From contig MGVW01000035.1 of NCBI GenBank assembly GCA_001800675.1, positions 108,501 to 172,500 on the forward strand: DNA of 64,000 nt. The letters run 5' to 3'. Under the pieces are notes generated by a model, which saw only the letters and a program-made list of their open reading frames with translations, searched no databases and was not told the origin of the DNA. Of this stretch, positions 1-6,472 are shown in pieces (the stretch's first letter is position 1; each line of letters starts with the position of its first letter). The translations under genes and the position numbers were made by a program. Origin of the DNA: Euryarchaeota archaeon RBG_13_57_23 (GTDB lineage: Archaea; Thermoplasmatota; Thermoplasmata; UBA10834).

Positions 1-911
1 GCTAGCGCCCTTATCTCGTCGTGAGGGAAAGGTCGGAACGACCTGATCCTCGCCAGCCCGACCCTGTGTCCCTTGGCGCGCATGGAGTCCACGACATCCT
101 TCGCGGTCGCGGCTACGCTGCCAGCAGCCACTAGAACAACATCCGCGTCGTCGCACTCGTAGCGTTCCAGCAGTCCTCCGTGCTCCCGCCCAAAGATGCT
201 CTTGAACTCCCTTTCCACCCTCAGGACCCTGTCCCTGGCAGCCTTCATTCCGAGCATCGCTTTGTACCGGAACTCCATGTATTGATCCGGCTTCACCAAG
301 GACCCGAAGCCCATCGGTTTCCCGACTTCGATCTTCAGATCTGGCGAGTACGGCGGCAGGAAGGAGTCCACGAGTTCCTGGTCCGGGAGGTCTACCGGTT
401 CCGAAGTGTGCGACTGTATGAACGCATCCATGATGACCATGGCCGGCAACATGATCCCGCTGCTCTCGCAGACCTTGTACGCCATGATTATTGTGTCCAG
501 AACCTCCTGATTGCTCTGGCAGAAGAATTGGAGCCAGCCAGTATCCCTCTGCGCGATGGAATCCATGTGGTCCACCCACACGCTCCACGGCGGCGCCATG
601 GCCCGGCTCACATTCGTCATCACGATCGGCAGCCGCGCCCCCGACGCCCATATCAGCACCTCGTGCATCAGCGTGAGTCCGTGCGAGCTGGTCGCCGTGT
701 AGGTCCTCGCACCTGCGGTCTCTGCCGCGATGCACGCGGCCATGGCGCTGTGCTCGCTTTCGACAGGGATGAACTGCGCCTTGAGCTCCCCCGTAGTGAC
801 GAAGTCCGCCAGCTTCTCGACGATCGATGTCTGGGGCGTTATCGGGTACGCGGCGATGACCTCTGCCCTCGCTAGCTTGGCGCCATAGGCGGACGCGTAG
901 TTGCCCGTCAT
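1..911 (-). CDS. 2-oxoacid (pyruvate/ketoisovalerate-type):ferredoxin oxidoreductase alpha subunit, C-terminal part beyond window edge
   Basis: Absent from ORF track because it runs off the edge. Manual minus-strand translation from ATG (complement of 909-911) gives MTGNYASAYGAKLARAEVIAAYPITPQTSIVEKLADFVTTGELKAQFIPVESEHSAMAACIAAETAGARTYTATSSHGL, a typical POR/VOR alpha N-terminus. It follows the gamma and delta genes in the same operon. Confidence 0.85.
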   Translation of the reverse strand, partial: MTGNYASAYGAKLARAEVIAAYPITPQTSIVEKLADFVTTGELKAQFIPVESEHSAMAACIAAETAGARTYTATSSHGLTLMHEVLIWASGARLPIVMTNVSRAMAPPWSVWVDHMDSIAQRDTGWLQFFCQSNQEVLDTIIMAYKVCESSGIMLPAMVIMDAFIQSHTSEPVDLPDQELVDSFLPPYSPDLKIEVGKPMGFGSLVKPDQYMEFRYKAMLGMKAARDRVLRVEREFKSIFGREHGGLLERYECDDADVVLVAAGSVAATAKDVVDSMRAKGHRVGLARIRSFRPFPHDEIRAL

Positions 912-919
912 GACCTCTC

Positions 920-1192
920 TCACAGGTCCCCCTCCTTGACCATGATGATGCATTTTGCCGGGCATTCGAACGAGCACACACCGCAGCCCTTGCAGTACTG
1001 TAGGTCGATTACGGGTTCGCCATCGACCAACTTGATAACCCCGTCAGGGCAGAATTTCCAGCAGATGGTGCACTTCTTGCATTTTGACTTGTCGACGACC
1101 GGCCTCATGACCCGCCAGTAGCCCGTGAGATTGATAGTGCTGGGGGTGTCAGAGATCGGCGTCAGGGGGATCTCCTCGTAGCTCTTCGTCAT
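920..1192 (-). CDS. 2-oxoacid:ferredoxin oxidoreductase delta subunit (2x[4Fe-4S] ferredoxin-like)
   Basis: 90 aa with two Cys clusters, CKKCTICWKFCP and CKGCGVCSFECP. Overlaps the gamma gene by 4 nt. Confidence 0.9.
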   Translation of the reverse strand: MTKSYEEIPLTPISDTPSTINLTGYWRVMRPVVDKSKCKKCTICWKFCPDGVIKLVDGEPVIDLQYCKGCGVCSFECPAKCIIMVKEGDL

Positions 1193-1755
1193 GGGGTTGC
1201 CTCTGTGGTCCGCTCGTATGCTTCCTTGGCAGCAGCGACGTTCTCCTCTTCCTTGACAGGAGCAACCTCGCGTATGCTCTCCAAGACGGGCTCGAGCGCC
1301 ACCTTATCACATATCTTCGCGAAGGCTCCCATGATCGCCGTATTGACGATCGGTGCCGTCTGAGAGCCGATGCCGTGGGCGGCGGCAATGGAGGTCGCGT
1401 CGATGAGGAAGTACTTGTATCGCTGAGGGAGGTCCGGCAGCTTCTTGCCAGCAGGGTAGTTTATCAGCACCTTTCCGCTCGGTTTCAGCCCTTCGAGGAT
1501 ATCGATTCCCCGAAGGAGGGAACTATCCAGAACGACCACGTAATCTGGCTCGTAGATGCTCGACTTGTTCCTTATGGGGTGCTCATCGATTCGCGCGTAC
1601 GCGGTCACCGGCGCACCGCGTCTCTCGACGCCGAAGAACGGAAAAGAAGAGACCTCGAACCCCATTTTGAAGGCAGCCTTTGCCAGGACTTCGGAAGCGA
1701 CGACCACACCCTGGCCACCTCGTCCGTGGAACCTGACCTCAATCACAGGTTGCAC
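1189..1755 (-). CDS. 2-oxoacid:ferredoxin oxidoreductase gamma subunit
   Basis: N-terminus EVRFHGRGGQGVVVASEVLAKAAF is the conserved gamma-subunit signature. Gene order gamma-delta-alpha. Confidence 0.9.
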   Translation of the reverse strand: MQPVIEVRFHGRGGQGVVVASEVLAKAAFKMGFEVSSFPFFGVERRGAPVTAYARIDEHPIRNKSSIYEPDYVVVLDSSLLRGIDILEGLKPSGKVLINYPAGKKLPDLPQRYKYFLIDATSIAAAHGIGSQTAPIVNTAIMGAFAKICDKVALEPVLESIREVAPVKEEENVAAAKEAYERTTEATP

Positions 1756-1899
1756 CTTGAAGGTCTAGGAAGTGTGCGGTATTAAGTACTGACTCTGCTA
1801 CTAGCGTCCAGCATGATTCTGGAACGGGTCCATCTTGACAGGATTTCGGGATCCGTTCTTGAGATGCCATTAGATATCTGTTCGTCGATTTGACGGACC

Positions 1900-2340
1900 G
1901 TGAACAAGATATTCTCGATCCTCCACGCGAGGGCGTACAGCCATGCGACGGAGGATCTGGACAAGGTCAAGATGGCCGTCCTGAGCACAGTGGGAGAAGC
2001 GGATTTCAACGTGACCAGCGGGGAAGGGCATCACGGCAACCCCATTGAGATCGTGGAGGTTGCGGTGGACAAGGAGGACGACATTATCAGGTTCTTCGAG
2101 AGGTTCGACAAGAAGGATATCGAGGCCCTCAAGGGAACATTGAACGCGCGTGTCGATGACGGCTGCAACTTGTTCGTCAAGGTCGACAAGCAATCGGCAT
2201 TCAAGGGAATCATCAAGCTCGGAACGGGGGACGACGTCATCTCGGTGCGCGTCAAGGTACGGGTATTCCCCGCGAAGCCCGAGCTGGCCCAGAGCGCTGC
2301 GGATGCGTTTCTCACGCAGTTGATTAGAAAGAAGGACTGA
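1900..2340 (+). CDS. UPF0201/COG1325-type small RNA-binding protein (predicted exosome-associated)
   Basis: GTG start. The block ARAYSHATEDLDKVKMAVLSTVG resembles the (P)TED-x-KV motif of this archaeal family as I recall it. 146 aa. Confidence 0.55.
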   Translation: MNKIFSILHARAYSHATEDLDKVKMAVLSTVGEADFNVTSGEGHHGNPIEIVEVAVDKEDDIIRFFERFDKKDIEALKGTLNARVDDGCNLFVKVDKQSAFKGIIKLGTGDDVISVRVKVRVFPAKPELAQSAADAFLTQLIRKKD

Positions 2341-2366
2341 CGCGGGCCGTGCCTCGATGTCGATTC

Positions 2367-2376
2367 TTTATTATAA
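2367..2376 (+). promoter_or_regulatory. TATA-box-like element upstream of tRNA-Leu
   Basis: TTTATTATAA lies about 30 nt upstream of the mature tRNA 5' end at 2405. Confidence 0.45.
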
Positions 2377-2404
2377 TGATGAGATATCTGCCAGCCAAGC
2401 ATTC

Positions 2405-2489
2405 GCAGGGGTAGCCAAGACCGGTCAACGGCGCAAGGCTTAGGACCTTGTCCAGCAGTGGTTCCGCGGTTCGAATCCGCGCCCCTGCA
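2405..2489 (+). tRNA. tRNA-Leu (anticodon TAG)
   Basis: Cloverleaf folded by hand: acceptor GCAGGGG/CCCCTGC plus discriminator A; anticodon stem CAAGG/CCTTG with loop CTTAGGA; long variable arm; T arm CGCGG-TTCGAAT-CCGCG. No encoded CCA, no intron. Confidence 0.9.
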
Positions 2490-2708
2490 CTAGCCTTTAT
2501 CAGATTCGGGCAGAAACATGTCGCAACCTGATTCGAACTCGATTTGCGAGAGCCACTTCCTGTACTTGCCGCTCGGATAGCAACCCTTGTGACCGCCTTT
2601 GGCGACAAGCCACTTGCACTTCCTGCATGTCCGTCCGGAGCTCCTCCGGATTGATGCCAGCACGATCAGCTCTTCGGCAGTGTATTCCGGAGCCTTCTGC
2701 GCGCCCAC
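2490..2708 (-). CDS. small basic Cys-containing protein, unknown function
   Basis: 72 aa containing CRKC ... GC ... GC. Its stop codon directly abuts the tRNA-Leu 3' end. No family recognised. Confidence 0.45.
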   Translation of the reverse strand: MGAQKAPEYTAEELIVLASIRRSSGRTCRKCKWLVAKGGHKGCYPSGKYRKWLSQIEFESGCDMFLPESDKG

Positions 2709-2754
2709 GCAACATAATGGACCATTGAGGTTATCTGTTTTGCACAGGTCTCAC

Positions 2755-3132
2755 ATGGGGATATATATGCCTCCGACATTCGGAACGTCCGTGAAGTACC
2801 TCTATTGTCCGAAATGCAAGGATGTCCGGGCGAAGACGTGGTACCAGCAGCGGGACAGATGCCTGGCCTGTATCGGTCCAGCTACTGTGATAAAGGTCCC
2901 GAACAGTTCTCTGACCTATGCGAACTATTTCCTGTACGTCTTCGTCCCCGCGCTCGTCGCCTTGTACCTGTACACGGACAATCGCAGCTACCTATGGCTG
3001 GCGGTCGGTTTCCTCGTCATAATGATGATCACTTCATACATCGACCTGCTCAGAGGGGAGAGGTACGCCAGGAAGAAGGTGAAGATAGCCACCTCAAATC
3101 TCATCGAGTTCAGAAGGCGCGGGTGGACATAA
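2755..3132 (+). CDS. Zn-ribbon membrane protein (N-terminal CPKC...CLAC, two predicted TM helices)
   Basis: Track ORF 2599-3132 overlaps the convergent gene. Internal ATG at 2755 gives MGIYMPPTFGTSVKYLYCPKCKDVRAKTWYQQRDRCLAC, followed by two hydrophobic stretches. Confidence 0.5.
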   Translation: MGIYMPPTFGTSVKYLYCPKCKDVRAKTWYQQRDRCLACIGPATVIKVPNSSLTYANYFLYVFVPALVALYLYTDNRSYLWLAVGFLVIMMITSYIDLLRGERYARKKVKIATSNLIEFRRRGWT

Positions 3133-3645
3133 CACTAGGACCACCATGATCTCTGATCCTCCTTCCAGAGTCAGCGTGACGGAGCTGGCGATTCTTTCTC
3201 TAACATCATCGGGGATGTGGGGAAGCGCGAGCAACGGTTCCGAGTAGCTCTTGTACACGATCAGGAGGTAGGGGTCCACGGAGGGCGGCGCGCACTCCTT
3301 CAGCATCCGCATCACGATAAGGTTCAGATCAGAGAACCCGGACGCTTCGACACCCCTGAAGAGGCAGTCTCCCTCGAAAGCAATGCAATCCCTAACAAGT
3401 GTCTGCCTGGACAGATGCATCGGATGACCGGCATCGACTGAGAGGTTCGAGCCGATTGAGGCGGATAGAACGCAGTCGAGAAGATAGGAGGCTTCGAGCG
3501 ATGCATCGCTCTGCTCCTCGATTGCAGGTTGAATGTTCGAGAAAGAGAGTATCGATGATGATATCAGGATCGCTCCCGCGAAGAACACCACTGCATCCAT
3601 TATGGCGAGCTGGCCGAGGTCGTCCGACTCAATCCTTCCAGACAA
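3094..3645 (-). CDS. putative class III signal peptide / TadE-like (pseudo)pilin
   Basis: The charged leader MSGRIESDDLG is followed by QLAIMDAVVFFAGAILISSSILSF. Overlaps the upstream pilin-like gene by 17 nt and sits next to the secretion ATPase and platform genes. Confidence 0.45.
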   Translation of the reverse strand: MSGRIESDDLGQLAIMDAVVFFAGAILISSSILSFSNIQPAIEEQSDASLEASYLLDCVLSASIGSNLSVDAGHPMHLSRQTLVRDCIAFEGDCLFRGVEASGFSDLNLIVMRMLKECAPPSVDPYLLIVYKSYSEPLLALPHIPDDVRERIASSVTLTLEGGSEIMVVLVLCPPAPSELDEI

Positions 3646-4108
3646 TCAGCCTCACCTCGATAACCAGGACCATCCCCGTGCTGTCCTGAGCGTTGAACAG
3701 CCTGGATGCAGATGCAGTGTCTGTGATTCCGCCCGAGCAATCGTCTCTGAACCCCATGTGCCATCCGTTCGCTGCGTGCGGAGAGGAGATGTTGACTGAG
3801 AAGTGTATCGATCCGAGAAGTTCCTCAACGAACTGAGACAGATTCGACTGAGCGATCGACTCAAGCATCGGCGTCTCGAAGGTGGTTGTCAACGATTCAA
3901 TCCGTTGGACGATCCTCTCAACGGAGCGACTGGCCAGCTCCTGGAGTTGCTCATCCTCTCTCAGGGTTGCGAGCCTCACGGATGTCCACAGGCCTGAGGA
4001 AACGAGCAGCATTACGCCGCAGAGAACGAACGCGAGGACGGGTAGATCCTCAAAGAAGCCGGCAACGCCTGATTCGTCCGAACGCATCAACGAAAGATGT
4101 CTTAGCAC
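3629..4108 (-). CDS. putative class III signal peptide / TadE-like (pseudo)pilin
   Basis: N-terminus MRSDESGVAGFFEDLPVLAFVLCGVMLLVSS resembles the TadE N-terminal pattern (ERG-x-A-x-x-EF-x-L-x-LPVL). A later start at M8 (4087) is possible. Confidence 0.45.
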   Translation of the reverse strand: MLRHLSLMRSDESGVAGFFEDLPVLAFVLCGVMLLVSSGLWTSVRLATLREDEQLQELASRSVERIVQRIESLTTTFETPMLESIAQSNLSQFVEELLGSIHFSVNISSPHAANGWHMGFRDDCSGGITDTASASRLFNAQDSTGMVLVIEVRLIVWKD

Positions 4109-4124
4109 TGGAAGTTAGCCATCG

Positions 4125-4136
4125 GCTACATGTAGC
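4125..4136. promoter_or_regulatory. perfect 12-bp palindrome GCTACATGTAGC in the divergent intergenic region
   Basis: Read directly. Lies between the pilin-like operon (minus) and the Cys-rich/ATPase operon (plus). Confidence 0.3.
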
Positions 4137-4184
4137 GTACGACCATGAGCATCATAGAAGTGCACGGCCGCATGATGCCCAATC

Positions 4185-4700
4185 ATGAGACACCAGCAAG
4201 GACCGACCAAGAGGATGGCCCCATCCACAAGCCCCGAGACGTGTTGTCCGCATGAATTCTTGGAGGATGACGAGCTTGTCCTGAGCATAGACTGCAACGC
4301 CTGTCCAGGGGCGCACGACCTCTGCAACCAGAGGTGCTACGCCGGAGTTCTCAACATCATGGCCTCTGGGGCTCAGCCAGATTCGATCGTGCTCAGAAGG
4401 TACATACACAAGAGGTATAGAGGGGAAGCGGTGAAGGCAGCTGCGCTGGCGGCCTCAGAGCTTGCTTCCCTCCGAAGAGGGATCGCGGCTTTGGAGCCTC
4501 CGTCCGACAGAAGGTGTCGGACATGCCCTGCCAGTGCACACCATGTGCTCCTGCAGGCGAGGCTGAGACTCGTGGAGAGGCCGTTGTGCCCGCCCGAGGA
4601 CCGTGCCGCAATGACGAGCCTTATTCTGGAAAGAGTCGGAGCGGCAGCATGCGAGAGTGCCCCGGCTTGCGTCTCAAGAGTACTTCAGTGCGGCTCGTGA
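4185..4700 (+). CDS. Cys-rich protein (12 Cys in 171 aa) coupled to the secretion ATPase, unknown function
   Basis: Motifs TCCPHE, CNAC, CNQRC, CRTC. Stop TGA (4698-4700) overlaps the ATPase ATG (4700-4702) as TGATG. The true start may be ATG at 4215. Confidence 0.55.
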   Translation: MRHQQGPTKRMAPSTSPETCCPHEFLEDDELVLSIDCNACPGAHDLCNQRCYAGVLNIMASGAQPDSIVLRRYIHKRYRGEAVKAAALAASELASLRRGIAALEPPSDRRCRTCPASAHHVLLQARLRLVERPLCPPEDRAAMTSLILERVGAAACESAPACVSRVLQCGS

Positions 4701-6472
4701 TGTTTGGGGTGAGATGCTTGGAGGCAAGAGTCCCGAAACCGCGTATCCTCTCCGTTCCACGCGAAGGCGACACGCAATCTCTGCCCGTCCTCCGGTTGGA
4801 CCGTCCCGATGGACCTACGATCGCGAAAGGCGCATGCGTCGATACCAGACCGTGCTTTGCGTCCTCTTGGCTCAGGACTGGTAGCCAGAATGCAAACGAG
4901 ATAGTGGACAGGTACAGCGTTGATGGCGTTGGCGTGGTCGTGTCGTCTCCGTCTGGGTGCAGTTTCAGCCTCTACTCCGTTTCCCCACCGGAGTATGAAT
5001 TGAATCCCCTCTTCATGCGCGCGATCGCTTGTGTGATCGAGAGGATCGTCGATGAGCCTCCTTCCGGGCTGGAACTTGGCAACCTCACCACCCTGAGGTC
5101 GTTCATCAAGACAAAGGCGAAGGACCACCTGTACGCCCACCTCGACTCAGCTCCTGGCGGTACGGTCAGTGGGAAGGCTCTCGAAGGCGAGGCCGAGATC
5201 CTCGCCGAGATACTCGCGAAGTACACCGCAGGTTACGGCTTGATCGAGACTTTGCTCGAGGACGACAAGGTCCAGGACATCTACATCGACGCGCCGTCTC
5301 AGGAGACCCCGGTCCAGGTCGTGCTAAGGTCGGATACTGACAAGCGTGTCCGACAGAAGTGTCGGACGAACATGCTGATCGGCCGAAAAGACCTCCAGGG
5401 CTTTGTCTCCAGGGTGAAGTTGGAGACGGGCCTTCCCTTCTCGGAGGCGCACCCCGTGCTCGAGGCGGACATCCGACGCCTCAGAGCAAGAGTCACCCTC
5501 GTTGGGCCGCCCCTGAGCGATAAGGGCATTTCCTTGGCCATCAGGAAGCATTCGGATAAGGCATGGACCCTTCCGGGGCTCGTGAAGAACGATTGCCTCT
5601 CTCCTCTGCTCGCGGGGTTTCTGTGGTGCTGCATTCTTGGCAGGAGGTCCGTGCTCATCGCAGGCAGCAGGGGGGCCGGAAAGACCACACTACTCGGAGC
5701 CATGATGTTGGAATTCCCACTCTCTCAAAGGATACTGCTGATCGAAGACACCCCCGAGATACCCGTGTCGAGGATGCAGTCGCTTGGGTTCGACGTCCAG
5801 ACGTTGAGATTCCACGGGCAGCACGACGAAAAGGCGTCCGCGGAGGACGCCCTCAGGGTGAGCCTGCGAATGGGCGAGAGCGCCATCGTGATGGGAGAGG
5901 TGAGAGGGACCGAGGCCAGAGTGCTCTACGAGAGCATGCGTGCTGGAAGCGCGGGCTCTTCCGTTCTAGGGACCATCCACGGTAACTCGGCCGAAGGAGT
6001 CCTCGACAGGGCCGTAGAAGATCTGGGAGTTTCCGAACGGGCGTTCTCCTCGACCGATCTTATAGTTGTCATAGGCCTCATTCGGTCTCCAGACGGCGCC
6101 CGATTCGAGAGGCGGGTCGTTGAGGTCGCCGAGGTCAGGCCTAGAGGCCAGTCCGTCGAGCTTGTGCCGTTGTTCACGACGCGTAGCGGATGCACCTGCG
6201 CCATGCCGACAAATGAGTTCACCGAGAACTGCAAAACACTGCGGGGGTGCGCAGCAGCCCTGGGCTCCTCTCCAGAACAGCTGCTGAACATCGTCAAGGC
6301 GAAATCACATGCGGACCAGGTCCTGGCGGAAAGCCCAGACTCCAGGCTCACGGGCGATGAATTCAGAACGAAGTCCAACGAGATTCTCACTCACGGGCTC
6401 TTCAACCCTGAAGGGCCGGAGAAGGCGCTTAGCGCCTGGAAGGACTGGCTGAATGAGAGGCCGCATCAATAG
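4700..6472 (+). CDS. type II/IV secretion-family ATPase (FlaI/TadA/PilB-like)
   Basis: Walker A GSRGAGKTT, Asp box LLIEDTPEI, GEVRGTEA, His box GTIHGNSA. The track start at 4514 overlaps the upstream gene in another frame, so ATG 4700 is preferred. Confidence 0.9.
   Translation: MFGVRCLEARVPKPRILSVPREGDTQSLPVLRLDRPDGPTIAKGACVDTRPCFASSWLRTGSQNANEIVDRYSVDGVGVVVSSPSGCSFSLYSVSPPEYELNPLFMRAIACVIERIVDEPPSGLELGNLTTLRSFIKTKAKDHLYAHLDSAPGGTVSGKALEGEAEILAEILAKYTAGYGLIETLLEDDKVQDIYIDAPSQETPVQVVLRSDTDKRVRQKCRTNMLIGRKDLQGFVSRVKLETGLPFSEAHPVLEADIRRLRARVTLVGPPLSDKGISLAIRKHSDKAWTLPGLVKNDCLSPLLAGFLWCCILGRRSVLIAGSRGAGKTTLLGAMMLEFPLSQRILLIEDTPEIPVSRMQSLGFDVQTLRFHGQHDEKASAEDALRVSLRMGESAIVMGEVRGTEARVLYESMRAGSAGSSVLGTIHGNSAEGVLDRAVEDLGVSERAFSSTDLIVVIGLIRSPDGARFERRVVEVAEVRPRGQSVELVPLFTTRSGCTCAMPTNEFTENCKTLRGCAAALGSSPEQLLNIVKAKSHADQVLAESPDSRLTGDEFRTKSNEILTHGLFNPEGPEKALSAWKDWLNERPHQ

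Noticed and set aside
180-875. 231-aa plus-strand ORF, with nested ORFs at 491-702
   Set aside because: It is antisense to the clearly recognisable POR/VOR alpha subunit. The Arg/Pro/His-rich composition is typical of an off-strand reading of GC-rich coding DNA.
2377-2383. ATGATGA (C-box-like) in the tRNA-Leu leader, and GTGATGC...CTGA near 53456-53510
   Set aside because: There is no matching D/D'/C' box set or terminal stem at C/D sRNA spacing. Isolated heptamers like these are expected by chance.
4514-4699. N-terminal 62-aa extension of the secretion ATPase ORF
   Set aside because: It overlaps the Cys-rich gene in another frame and reads as low-complexity (MSDMPCQCTPCAPAGEAETRG...). The ATG at 4700 forms a TGATG junction. 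A frameshifted fusion is still kept as an alternative in the findings.
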